Under the pieces are notes generated by a model. It searched no databases, was not told the DNA's origin, and worked only from the letters and a program-made list of their open reading frames with translations. Source: Podarcis gaigeae (lineage: Eukaryota). Taken from it: a stretch of DNA of 64,000 bases. Positions 25,741 to 37,172 of this stretch are shown here, in pieces; position 1 is the first letter of the stretch; each line of letters opens with the position of its first letter. The stretch is taken from NCBI GenBank assembly GCA_964106915.2, contig OZ066918.1. One strand, 5' to 3'. The position numbers and the translations under genes are program-made.

Positions 25741-26030
25741 GAAGAAGAAGAAGAAGAAGAAGAAGAAGAAGAAGAAGAAGAAGAGGAGTAGTAGTAGTAG
25801 TTTGGATTTGATATCCCGCCTTTCATTCCCTTTAAGGAGTCTCAAAGTGGCTAACATTCTCCTTTCCCTTCCTCCCCCACAACAAACACTCTGTGAGGTG
25901 AGTGGGGCTGAGAGACTTCAGAGAAGTGTGACTAGCCCAAGGTCACTCAGCAGCTGCATGTGGAGGAGCAGAGACGCGAACCCGGTTCCCCAGATTACGA
26001 GACTACCGCTCTTCACCACTACACCACACA
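25741..26030 (-). mobile_element. tRNA-derived SINE with (CTT)n tail (Squam3-like)
   Basis: Minus-strand head gtgtggtgtagtggt..aagagcgg and long (gaa)n on plus; further copies at 48214 and 57346; inserted into a hAT MITE. Confidence 0.78.
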
Positions 26031-26281
26031 GTGGCTCTCATGTGTGTTGCAGTCCAACAATAACTGGGATGCACCAGGTTCTAGAGCAATTCTGCTCTAG
26101 ATGTTTTTCTGGCCTACCCAAAGGGTGCTTCTGTAGTTGTGAACATTTGCCCTATTATTATTATTATTATTATTTTACTTATTAAATTTGTATACAATAC
26201 TGCCCGTTTTACACAGATCTCAGGGTGGTTCACAACATAAATGCTCTTAGTAAATTGTTTGCTTGTTTACTTTTTATTTAG

Positions 26282-26353
26282 GCTGAAGTAGATTCAGTTG
26301 ATGCCCTAGAGAAATATCGTGGAAAATGTGAACCTACGTTTCTGTTTTATGCT
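26282..26353 (+). CDS. NME9: NME9 coding exon 4 (AEVDSVDALEKYRGKCEPTFLFYA)
   Basis: AG/GT boundaries; matches the NME8/NME9 Trx domain. Confidence 0.92.
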
Positions 26354-28092
26354 GTAAGTTGGTACATTTGAAACCTGAGATGTCTTTTAAACCTGTTTGA
26401 CTTTAAACTTGCTCCACTATGCTCTGGTGTGTATTATGTATTAAACATGTGTTTTTGCTCATATCAATGAATTTGAACTTGCTGGCAGCTGGAGATATAT
26501 GTTGTTGCTGGGAATCGTATTTTTATATTTCAGATATTACCCTAGTTTGTATTTCCCCTCATTCTCTATGCATACGGTAACCTAAAATACTTTCCACAGT
26601 AGTCGTAACTTACGTAGCTTATATAAATGTATATGCCTCTGACCGTAAGATTAAACAAGACAGAGATTAGGATGCTATAAATATTAAGAATGTAATTAGT
26701 AGTGTTTGAATAAATTAGGCATCTTAGGGTAAAGAGGGGAAAGCCTTCAAGAGAGATTAGCACACTTAGCAATTATCCACTCCTCCATTTGTTGGTGCAA
26801 ATAGCAAACAGGTTTTCTGCAGTTTGCCATTCCTTCTGATTCATTGCTAAAAAGCGGGGCAAAGCAAAACTGCTCTGATCCTTGCCTACAATGCAGAAGT
26901 GTGGACGAGCCCGAAACAGGTTGGCCTTGTGGTACTGCTCTGCTAGGTGGCTGCTATGCACAGGAAACTCTGTCAGAAGAACATTGCTCAGAGTATGTAG
27001 CTCCTGGAAAGTTGAGGGAACACATAGGACCTTCAAAACAATTTGTGGTGTGGAGTGTTCCCCGTTCAAGATTACAACTACTCCATTTCTCTTCCTCATC
27101 CCAGTGTTCTTATCATGCTGCAGTCAGACAGCATTCCATGGCCAATTATCACAATTGGCCCACTCTGCAGGGTTCCCCCCCAAATAGTTCTTGTACTTCT
27201 TCAGACAGTTTCTCGAGTCTCCTTCCTGTGTGGGAGTGTTGTTCCTTTGGTTATGTAAGCAATGCCACTCACAACCTAAACACTGGAAGTGGAAGAGGAT
27301 GATATGCTTGCTTCCTGTGGAACGGGTCGTACTACAAATTAATAGGATGAGTCAGCTAAAACATTTACCCCAAGTAGTGTGGAAGTCAAATAACTTGACT
27401 TTAATGGATTGGGGGCAATAAATTATCTCTGGGTAAATTATTTTATGGTGCAATAATATACATGTCTACTCAGAAGTAAGTCCCACTGATTTCAATGAGG
27501 CTTACTTCTAGGTAAGTGGGTTTAGGATTGCAGCCCAAATCAATCTTACAAGTTTGCCAACCAGTTAAGGAATTAAATTTGCATACATTTGCATGTGCCT
27601 AAAACATTGTTTCTGAAGGAAGAAGCATCTCCTCTTTGTTTTTTTTAACATTGCAGAGATAAGGAGAATACCTCTTTTAAGATAGTGCTTGACTTCTTCA
27701 GTTTTTACAAGTGTTTATATTAAAAATAATTATTCTTTCTAATCTGCCTCATTACTTGGGACCACTTTCTAGCCAGTTAAAACAAGGTTCTGCTCATTGA
27801 TCAAACCAATGAAATGGTTCAGCCTTGCAACCCTTGTTACCTGTGAGGCATCCCATTCTTCAATCCTCTCCTTCCTCTTGTTCTGTGATTCTGGGTCTTC
27901 AACTAACAACAGGAGAGGTTGGAAATCAGTCCATGCTTAAAATCTAATATATTTTTTGCTGTCTTTGTAGCAGCATAGCATTTGTTGGCAGGAAAAGAAG
28001 ACCCAGACTCCACCACTGGTAATATTAATGCTTGTGTTGACGCAAATTACGTTTGTAAACTACATTGGCAATTATTTTCTATTTTCTGTCAG

Positions 28093-28209
28093 GGGGGAGA
28101 GTTGGTAGCAGTTGTAAGAGGAGCAAATGCACCATTGCTACAGAAAACAATTCAGGAGCAGCTAGAGGCAGAAAAGAAGGTCTTGGATCATGGAGCAGAT
28201 AGAGTGGTG
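28093..28209 (+). CDS. NME9: NME9 coding exon 5 (GGELVAVVRGANAPLLQKTIQEQLEAEKKVLDHGADRVV)
   Basis: Near-identical to recalled human NME9 GGELVAVVRGANAPLLQKTI; AG/GT boundaries. Confidence 0.93.
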
Positions 28210-28314
28210 GTAATCTAACCTCTTCGATTTCGTTTAAATTTCTTTTAAGTTGTGTCTTTGATTAGGGTTGTGGGCAGGGGGGTTGTGGGCCATCTAGTTT
28301 AAAGCCCTGCTTAT

Positions 28315-28599
28315 TTGAATCCCCGCCACAGGGTGAGCTCCCTTTGCTCAGTCCCATCTCCTGCCCACCTAGCAGTTCGAAAGCACGTCAAAGTGCAAGT
28401 AGATAAATAGGTACTGCTCCGGCGGGAAGGTAAACGGCGTTTCCGTGCGCTTCTCTGGTTCGCCAGAAGTGGCTTAGTCATGCTGGCCACATGACCCGGA
28501 AGCTGTACGCCAGCTCCCTTGGCCAATAAAGCGAGATGAGCGCCGCAACCCCAGAGTCGGTCACAACTGGACCTAATCGTCAGGGGTCCCTTTACCTTT
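28315..28599 (+). mobile_element. Sauria SINE, 5'-truncated
   Basis: Body and cctttaccttt tail match the other copies. Confidence 0.85.
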
Positions 28600-29177
28600 A
28601 ATGCAAGAAATCCAGAGCAAAGCCTCCTCTGCAAGTGGCTGTCTGCTTGAACACCTCTAACAAGGGAGAGACCACCACTCCTCAAGGTTGACTATTGTTG
28701 AACTGTTTGTACTGTTAAGAGGTTTCTCCTAATGTTTGCTGCCTCTTAGCTGGTCCATCAACTGTTGTTATCAGCTGATGTTCCTAGGTCCTTGTTTCCA
28801 AATTCCGTGTAGAATTCTACCGATAGTGAACCATGACTGGGACGTAACTCTGCTTCCATTGTTATCTCAGTTTTAATGTTGCCTAGTGTGTGTCTACTTG
28901 AAGGGAAAGAAACTGAATAAAAAAGTGAGAGTAGTCATGTCCTTCAAATAGATACCCAGTTTCCACTTGCTGGAGAATGGAGATTCTGAAAGGAGTGACC
29001 CTATGGCCTAGAGCCTGCCATCCTATCCTATTTTGTCAAGTGTTTTGCCTTTTGGTGTTTAGCAGAGGAAGGGAGAAGGTTTTGATTCCCTGGTGGGGTC
29101 CAGCACTGGGCCTGAGAGTCCTGGCTCAAGGATACTGAGTTCAGAGTTCCATTTCTTATGGTCTTGACATCTGATAG

Positions 29178-29220
<43 letters not shown>

Positions 29221-29690
29221 TTATACCCTGCCCATCTGGCTGGGCTTTCCCAGCCACTCTGGGCGGCTTCCAACAAAATATTAAAATACAGTAATGCATC
29301 AAACATTAAAAGCTTCCCTAAACAGGGCTGCCTTCAGATGTCTTCTAAAAGTCTGGTAGTTGTTCTCTTTGACATCTGGTGGGAGGGCGTTCCACAGGGC
29401 GGGCGCCACTACCAAGAAGGCCCTCTGCCTGGTTCCCTGTAACTTGGCTTCTCGCAGTGAGAGAACCGCCAGAAGGCCCTTGGCACTGGACCTCAGTGTC
29501 TGGGCAGAACAATGGGGGTGGAGACGCTTCTTCAGGTATACTGGACCAAGGCTGTTTAGGGCTTTAAAGGTCAGCACCAACACTTTGAATTGTGCTTGGA
29601 AACGTACTGGGAGCCGGGTCTTTCAAGACCGGTGTTATGTGCTCTTGGCAGCCGCTCCCAGTCACCAGTCTAGCTGCCGGGTTCCACAGG
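29178..29690 (-). mobile_element. L2-type LINE 3' fragment with (ATT)n tail
   Basis: ORF 29299-29583 ...RAFLVVAPALWNALP...FRRHLKAALF is typical of the L2 ORF2 C-terminus. Confidence 0.85.
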
Positions 29691-30078
29691 GACCCTTCCC
29701 CTTCTAAGTATGTGTCCAAGTCACTGCTGATCATCTGGGTTATGGCATAGATGGCTCTGTATGCATAAACGTTATGGGTTTCAGAGGCTGCAGGAATCTC
29801 TGGCACCTGTGGAGAATGTTATGTGTCTCGTCCTCTGATCATCCTCTACTAACAGAGCATGTGCAGCTTCTTCCCTCAGCTCCTTAGTATTCATGAATTC
29901 AACAACACATTCATTATCCATCAGATTGTAACCATTTGTTAATAAAAACCAGCTCCAGAGATAAAAACTGTAAAAAAATACTAATAGATCACATTTTGGA
30001 AAAATGGACAAAACACACCACCAACGAAACAAAAAAATCCTATTACTAAAAATAACCATTGTCTATTACATAACACTA

Positions 30079-30441
30079 AAAGGTAAAGGTAAAGGTACCC
30101 CTGCCCGTACGGGCCAGTCTTGACAGACTCTGGGGTTGTGCGCCCATCTCACTTAAGAGGCCAGGGGCCAGCGCTGTCCGGAGACACTTCCGGGTCACGT
30201 GGCCAGCGTGACATCGCTGCTCTGGCGAGCCAGAGCCGCACACGGAAACGCCGTTTACCTTCCCGCTGGTAAGTGGTCCCTATTTATCTACTTGCACCTG
30301 GGGGTGCTTTCGAACTGCTAGGTTGGCAGGCGCTGGGACCGAGCAGCGGGAGCGCACCCCGCCGCAGGGATTCGAACCGCCGACCTTTCGATCGGCAAGT
30401 CCTAGGCGCTGAGGCTTTAACCCACAGTGCCACCTGCGTCC
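30079..30441 (-). mobile_element. Sauria SINE, full length
   Basis: Reverse complement is nearly identical to 5632-5996. Confidence 0.92.
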
Positions 30442-30508
30442 GTCTTCATTAAAATGTAGTTTTTCTAAAATAGTCTGCAACCAACACCCTTGTATGCTTT
30501 GATACTAG

Positions 30509-30605
30509 ATCCAGGATGAAGCGATTCCTAAAGAAGTGAGTACTGCCATTGAGGGAGAGGAAGCAGAAGATGGGGAAGAAGAGGAGGAGGAGGAGGAAGA
30601 AGCAG
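30509..30605 (+). CDS. NME9: NME9 coding exon 6, acidic linker (IQDEAIPKEVSTAIEGEEAEDGEEEEEEEEEA)
   Basis: tactag| acceptor, g|gtatt donor; compare human IKDEAL... linker. Confidence 0.82.
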
Positions 30606-32344
30606 GTATTTGGCTGTACTCAGTGGCATATAGGTAATACCATTTATATAGTTTAAAAATTATCCTTGCACAAGAAGGTAAGCAATCTCTCAAATTGGAT
30701 TTTTGCCACTGCTCTACTTTAGATTTTGTCACTGATATTACTCATCCCAGAAGGGGCATCTTCTGGGTTTATGTAGATAAATGAGGCTTGTGTTGTCAAA
30801 TTTCTTGGTAAAACTGTGAATGCTGAGTTGCAGCAAAGTCTAAGGGACTAGGCTCCATCGCTTAGGAAATGTCACTTTCTCTCCTCCCAGTATGCTTGAG
30901 AAAACCATTCTTATGATATATTTTGGGCTATCATAGTACTAGGCTTAGATGGTTAAAAAAAAAACAACCCAGAAAAATTGAAAGAGTGTTTAATTTTATA
31001 CTGATCCAAAAGGCTGAAGCAATTTCACAGTGTAAATATCAGGCAGATATCCCTCCTTTGATGTTCTTCCAGGGTCTGCTTTCTTCTTATGCTAATTTCC
31101 TCTCATGCTTTCTTCCTAGATTAATTCACCAATTGATGCTTTCTGGAACTGGCTTTCTCACTATCATTTGGAGCTGATGAGTAATGTTACAGACAAGTTT
31201 TCTCTAATATAAGTGTAAAAAATTAAATGGCTACATATTGCCATAAGCAGCAGCAATGTGTTTCAGGTTGGAGTAGTCTATGAAAAGAATTACAGATGTT
31301 TAGGAAAGCCTGGTTACAAATCTGACTATCAGCTTAATACTATGCAAGACAGCATATATGAGGATATGGACAGTAGGAGAGCTTTGCTGGGCTTATCTCA
31401 TTCAATATCAGATCAAAGGCTTATTTAACCCTGCATCCTGTTCCCCATATGTGTCTATGGAAAGCTCAAAAGCTGGGTAAGAGAACAATAGCTTTCTGCT
31501 GCAGTTGTTCCCCTAGAATGGGCACTCTGAGCTATGATGTCTCTGATCCTACAGGCAATATGCAAACATCATAATCTGTAGCCACTGATAGATTTATCTT
31601 CTACCATGCTGATGATGTGTGTCACACAGGTTTGTCATGTACCTAGTAAGGTGTACTCAGGTGCGCTGGGGAATACTATCCTGTTGTCATGTACAATTGT
31701 CAGTCTAGTCAGCTTTTGTACATGGTTACATCATCTTGTCCTGTGCCAGAGGCAGCAAAATGTCTTGGGTCAGGTCTGTCTCTGATTGAACCCTGGATTA
31801 AAGGCTTTCCAAACAGAACAGAGCTGATATAACAGTTCTGCAAACCCTTTGGATATATGTGAATGAGCAAAACTGTAAACTTGCTGAAGAAACTGTAAAC
31901 TTTCACAACAGAAATGTTATGATTGATCTTGCACAGTGTTGGTTTTGTCACTGGAATCAATTTTCTAAGCTTGGCAGGGACTGAACGATTTATCAACATG
32001 TGAATTTACAGTGGCTGTGTTGAATTCTGATATGGTGGCTCATGCAGTACTTGCCGGATTGGAAGTGTGACTTTTTGTGAGACTGGGAAACCACTAAACG
32101 CACATTTGCTTCTTGTGGCTATTATTATCAGTGACTCATGCATTTTCTGGCATTGCTTTTCTCTTTGAGAATACTTGCACCTGATTACTGTTTTAATAAA
32201 GAAATTCAAGTAATTACAGATTTGTTTTTCTTTTCCACATCCACAATTTAGGGCTCTGCTAGCTGGCCTTAACAGAAAGTCATGAGATGCTTCATGGCAA
32301 AGAAACCATGAGGATTCCTTTGTGCAAAGGAGGTCCACCACTAG

Positions 32345-32723
32345 GCAGGGAGCAGATAACGCTGTGGTCTAAACCACTGAGCCTCCTGGGCTTGCCGATT
32401 GGAAGGTCTGCTGTTCGAATCTGCACAGAGGGGTGAGCTCTTTTTGCTCTGTCCCAGCTTCTGCCAACCTAGCAGTTCGAAAGCATACCAGTGCAAGTAG
32501 AAAAATAGGTACCACTGTGGTGAGAAGGTAAACGGCATTTCTGTGCACTCTGGCACTTGTCATGGTGTCCTGTTGCCCCAGAAGTGGTTTAGTCATGCTG
32601 GCCACATGACTTGGAAAGCTGTCTGCGGACAAACACCGGCTCCCTCGGCCTGAAGTGAGATGAGCACCACACTCCATAGTCACCTTCATCTGGATTTAAC
32701 CATCTAGGGGTTCTTTACTTTTA
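32345..32723 (+). mobile_element. Sauria SINE (older copy)
   Basis: cgctgtggtctaaaccactgagcc head and conserved body. Confidence 0.85.
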
Positions 32724-32867
32724 CTCTCACCATAGAGGTCTCCAAATGGAAAGAACAACAGTCCAACCAGGATGAGCCATCATAACTGACATTGCATAAT
32801 CCTACTACCAAATAAGACTCAATGAGTTCAATGGGATTTAATTCCAGTTAATTGGCCCCTAGTTAGT

Positions 32868-33244
32868 GCGGGTGGTGCTGTGGTCTAAACCACTGAGCCT
32901 AGGGCTTGCTGATCGGAAGGTCGGCGGTTCGAATCCCGCGATGGGGTGAGCTCCCATTGCTCAGTCCCACCTCCTGCCAACCTAGCAGTTCAAAAGCACA
33001 TCAAAGTGCAAGTAGATAAATAGGTACCGCTCTGGCGGGAAGGTAAACGCTGTTTCCATGTGCTGCTCTGATTTCGCCAGAAGTGGCTTAAGTCATGCTG
33101 GCCACATGACCTGGAAAAACTGTCTGCGGACAAACGTCAGCTCCCTCAGTCAGTAAAGCGAGATGAGCGCTGCAACCCCAGAGTTGTTCACGACTGGACT
33201 TAACTGTCAGGGGTCCTTTACCTTTTTTTAAGTACCTTTACCTT
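32868..33244 (+). mobile_element. Sauria SINE
   Basis: Head, body and (accttt)n tail. Confidence 0.88.
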
Positions 33245-34053
33245 AGCTGATACCATGCACACTCCTTAGAATGTAACATACTAAGGTGTATCTCAGTATC
33301 TTAATTGGTGTCTTGTACACTCCTAACATAAAAGGTGTAGGGAAGAAAACGCCACTCCAGAAAGCACAAAATGGAGCAATATCACCAGCCACACACATGG
33401 TTAGTATCCATAACAATGTGAGCATTCAGCTGCTGTATCTTGACATTCTTGTCCCAGGACCAGCTGTCTGGGATGCCTGAATATCAGCTAGCTGCATGGG
33501 AGGCTACTTGAGAAGAAGGGGAAGTGGGTAGAAGCACATTCCTGGATCAGGGCCTGACTTGGAGGCAGGAAGGAAGGAATGGAGCTTTAGCTCTTGTATA
33601 AACTCTCAGCTTGAGTTGCCTCATTGCTGAAGCATCAGTGCTGTTCTAAACTCTAACCCCTCCCATCAGCATACAAATCAGTATGGCTAATTTGACCCAG
33701 CAACACCCACCCACCCCGCCCTGCAACCAACCAACCAACCAACCAACCATGCCCTGGGCCCTCTGTTCTCTCGATTTGTCAGCAAAAATAAGCTCCGGTC
33801 ATATGCTGTGCAAAAGAATGGAAGTTCGTAGACTTGATCAGGGTGGAGGACTGTGACAAAACTAGAATTCCTTCCTGTTTTCCACCCCCTTAATCTCTGG
33901 GGGCATTAGCCACCACGGATAGACTGCCTGATAACTGAGTTAAATCAGTGGTCCATCGAGCTTGGTATTGTTTACATTGATAGTGGCTCTTCTGGGTTTC
34001 AGATGGGTCTGTTTTTCAGTCCTACTTGGAGATGGCCAGGACTGAACCTAATA

Positions 34054-34131
34054 TTCTGTTGGAAGCCGCCCAGAGTGGCTGGGGAAACCCAGCCAGATGG
34101 GCGGGGTATAAATAAATTGTTGTTGTTGTTG
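34054..34131 (+). mobile_element. L2-type 3' end with (TGT)n tail
   Basis: ggaagccgcccagagtggctggggaaacccagccagatgggcggggtataaat, as in the other L2 ends. Confidence 0.7.
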
Positions 34132-34281
34132 TTGGACCTTCTACATGCAAAGCAAATGCTCTACCACTGACCTTCAGCACTTCTGCACTTCTGCAACTAT
34201 TACCTATTGGCAACTATTAGCCCCCTATCATAAATGGCGTAAAATACCCTTATGCAGCATCCTCCTCTTATTTGTTTTTAG

Positions 34282-34334
34282 ATGAGGATGAGTTGCCGTT
34301 AGAGGAGGCATATCTATTATGCATATGCAAATGA
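34282..34334 (+). CDS. Candidate terminal NME9 exon (DEDELPLEEAYLLCICK*)
   Basis: Strong acceptor tttgtttttag|; phase-compatible with exon 6; continues the acidic run, then stops. Confidence 0.4.
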
Positions 34335-34539
34335 GCTGTCAATTAGGGAAATCCTTTTTATCTAATTTACTCAGATTACAGGCTAAAGCCCCACTCACCC
34401 TCGCCTTTATCTAACGGATCCAACGTGCCGCTCTATCAGAACCTATTGAATCAGGAACTGTTAATAATGCACTGTTACATGAACTGCCCCCGCCCCCCGC
34501 TCCATTTAATATTTGAGGTTGTTGAACCTCGGAGCAGCA

Positions 34540-35180
34540 GTTTAAACGCGTCCTTAAATCCTTAAATCGTATTGAATTAAAAACCACAACAGCCAGCAGC
34601 CGCGAATTTACGCTCTCGGATGCATCTCTCTTCGGCGCCAGAAGGGGGCGCTGCGAGATCGAAGGCCCGCTTGGCCAGAGCTTGGGCGTCCCCTTTAAAG
34701 CAGACGCCGGGCGGAGAAGCTGCGCTTGGGCCGGGCGGAAATAAGTGGCGGCGGCGGCGGCGGCGGGTGCGGAATGGCTGGCGTTTCGAGGGCGCCCCCG
34801 AAGATGTGGGCTGGTGAGCCTTGTTCCTTTGCCTCGCTGGCTCAGAAGTCGGGGGGGGGGTCGAGGGCGGGCGCCTCCCAGTTTCCCAGCGGAGCGGCAG
34901 CAGGCGGCTTGGCTGGCCTTGTGTGGGCCTCAGCCCTTGAGGCAGACTCGCCCCGCACCCCCGTCCCTGGGCATGGCGATGCCTGCCGCTTCTAACATGG
35001 CCCGATCCTGCTCTGTGCTGCGGCGTCGTAGAGGAGGGCGCCTGGGTTTTGTGGGGCGGGGAAGGGAATCCCCGGAAATCCCTCTCTCCCAGCCTGTGGG
35101 GTGGCTGCTGTGGGGCTTTGCTCCCAGAACTGGCACCTTCGGGTGGGTGACTGAACATGCCTCCGTGGGGCTCTCGGGTG
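34540..35180 (+). promoter_or_regulatory. VPS8 CpG-island promoter and first exon (donor ctg|gtgagc at 34813)
   Basis: CpG-dense; (GGC)n run; ETS-like CGGAA motifs; CTCF-like CCAGAAGGGGGCGCT at 34638-34652. Confidence 0.8.
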
Positions 35181-35184
35181 CCTT

Positions 35185-36153
35185 TAAATATACCTTCCTG
35201 AAGAAACCAGAGGCCTTTCTCCTGGGCATGGTCGGCCAATTGGTGTCAAAGAAGGATAGAACTTTTTTTATGTACGGTGGTGCCCCGCAAGACGAATGCC
35301 TCGCAAGACGAAAAACCCGCTAGACAAAAGGGTTTTCCGTTTTTGAGGCGCTTCGCAAGACGAATTTCCCTATGGGCTTGCTTCACAAGACGAAAACGTC
35401 TTGCGAGTCTTGCAAGTTTTTTCGCTTTCCCCCCTTTTTCTAAGCCGCTAATAGCCGCTAAGCCACTAAGCCGCTAATAGCGCTAAGCCGCTAAGCCGCT
35501 AATAGGGGTGCCTCGCAAGACAAAAAAACCGCAAGACGAAGAGACTCGCGGAATGAATTAATTTCGTCTTGTGAGGCACCACTGTATGCTACAACAGCAG
35601 CAAGAATACTTATTGCAAAGTACTGGAAGACACAAGATCTACCCACCCGGGAAGAATGGCAGATGAAGGTGATGGACTATATGGAACTGGCGGAAATGAC
35701 TGGCAGAATCCGAGACCAAGGTGAAGAGTTGGTGGAAGAAGATTGGAAGAAATTCAAAGTTTATCTACAGAAACATTGTAAAATTAAGGAATGTTAGAAG
35801 GATGTTGGAATGAAATAATGTGGCTCTAGCAGAAATGATATAAAGGATTAAGTAAAAATGGATTGTTAATTGGTGAAAGATGAGAATGTAAAATTACACT
35901 ATATTAAGATAAATTATTAGGATAAAAACAAAGCTGGAAAGGATTTGCTGAAATATTTAATTGAACTAGAATACAAAAAAGGGAGGTGTGAGGAGGTCAA
36001 GGAAATAAGCAAAGGAAAGAAAGTTATGTAAAGGTTTGATCTGTCTTTTTTTTTGTATTGTTTGTATTTTTTCTGTTTTTCTGTTTTTTTCTTTTTTCTC
36101 TTTTCTCTTTGTAACCTTTAAAATCTGAATAAATATTATTTTTTTTAAAAAAA
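35185..36153 (+). mobile_element. L1-type LINE 3' end, interrupted by a MITE
   Basis: Joining across the MITE gives YTFLKKPEAFLLGMVG...FFMY-ATTAARILIAKYWKTQDLPTREEWQMKV...EDWKKF (L1 ORF2 C-terminus), then a 3' UTR with aataaa and an A tail. Confidence 0.8.
35275..35584 (+). mobile_element. pogo/Tigger-type MITE, family A
   Basis: TIR c(a/g)gtggtgccccgcaagacgaa / ttcgtcttgtgaggcaccactg, TA TSD. Confidence 0.85.
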
Positions 36154-36504
36154 GAGAAGCGGCCAAGCTCTTACACTGACTGCTGCAAATGACACAACCT
36201 CAGGCTTCCTTAGGAGGAGGCTTGGGTGGTTGTACGCCAAAAGCAGGGATTGAGAACCTGTGACTGTTTCTGGACTCTCCCAACTCCTGTCAGCCCCAGT
36301 CAGGTGGCTGATGCCGGTCTGAGATGATAGGATCTGTAGTCGGGAAAACATCTGGACGGCCGACGTTCCTGATTTAATGGCAGGCTTCTGAGCCGTCATT
36401 GAACTTGGAAGCCAATGATGAGGCGAGGAAGTCATATGTTCGATGTGAGGTCCCAGAGTTTCCGTTGTAGGCACCTTCTAGCTTGGGGGGGATGTAGGGC
36501 AGCA

Positions 36505-36650
36505 TCTGGGATAGCTCAGTCGGTGGTAGGGCATGAGACTGTATCTCAGGGCTGTGGGTTGGAGCCCCACATTGGGTGAAATATTCCTGCATTGCAGGGG
36601 GTTGGACTAGATGAACCTTATGGTCCCTTCTAACTCTGATTCTATGATCT
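36505..36650 (+). mobile_element. tRNA-Lys-derived SINE with CR1-type 3' tail
   Basis: Head gatagctcagtcggt..tagggcatgagact..atctcaggg..gtgggttggagccccacattggg plus tail ggggttggactagatga...attctatga. Confidence 0.72.
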
Positions 36651-37172
36651 AATGGTGGCAGTCTGTTGACGGCTGTTGGAGAGAAATGGTTAGAGTGTGT
36701 ATGTGGGAATAATATTTCTAAAAGAATTTATACTCTGCCTTTTGGCCCTAACAAGGACCTCCAATATGGCTTGCAATTTAAACGGTACGAGTTGTAATCC
36801 AGACACGGAGAGGAGATCAGTATGGTTTGTGTTAGTCTGCATAGCTGACATCTTGGTGTCATTGCATGCCTGTCTTAGGATAACACATAGCTACTGTTAC
36901 TTTCATATCAATCTAGTACAAAAGTGAAGCAGTTGTGTGGAAATCTCACCCTCATGTTTAAGTAGGAGTTCTTAGCCATGACTTTTCACTTGTAGTCTGC
37001 ATATAGCCACTGCTGCAGGTTTTCTCTGATTATTTCCATGTATCCCTATTGTAAATGTGGCATGTGAACCGTTCTATATCAGTTACAGGTGTTTGGGCTC
37101 TGGAAGCAGATGTACTTTAAACTTCCCTCCTCCTATCAAGTGGCTGCTTTCTGACAGCTGGGAACAGGAAAG

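Larger units (their letters stand above)
26773..33430 (-). pseudogene. Putative decayed leucine-rich-repeat (extracellular LRR / SLRP-like) pseudogene, antisense and interleaved with NME9
   Basis: Several non-repeat blocks translate, with frameshifts and stops, to LRR-like motifs in N-to-C order; see the corresponding finding. Confidence 0.55.

Noticed and set aside
33236-33245. Minus-strand splice donor ag|gtaaag for the putative LRR first exon
   Set aside because: It coincides with the Sauria SINE (accttt)n tail, so it was not used as evidence.
34577-35323. Long ORFs (192-220 aa) over the VPS8 island
   Set aside because: Stop-poor GC-rich sequence running into L1/MITE; no recognisable domain.
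36505-36580. Possible tRNA-Lys gene
   Set aside because: Anticodon loop and B box are degenerate and it runs into a CR1-like tail, so it is a SINE head.
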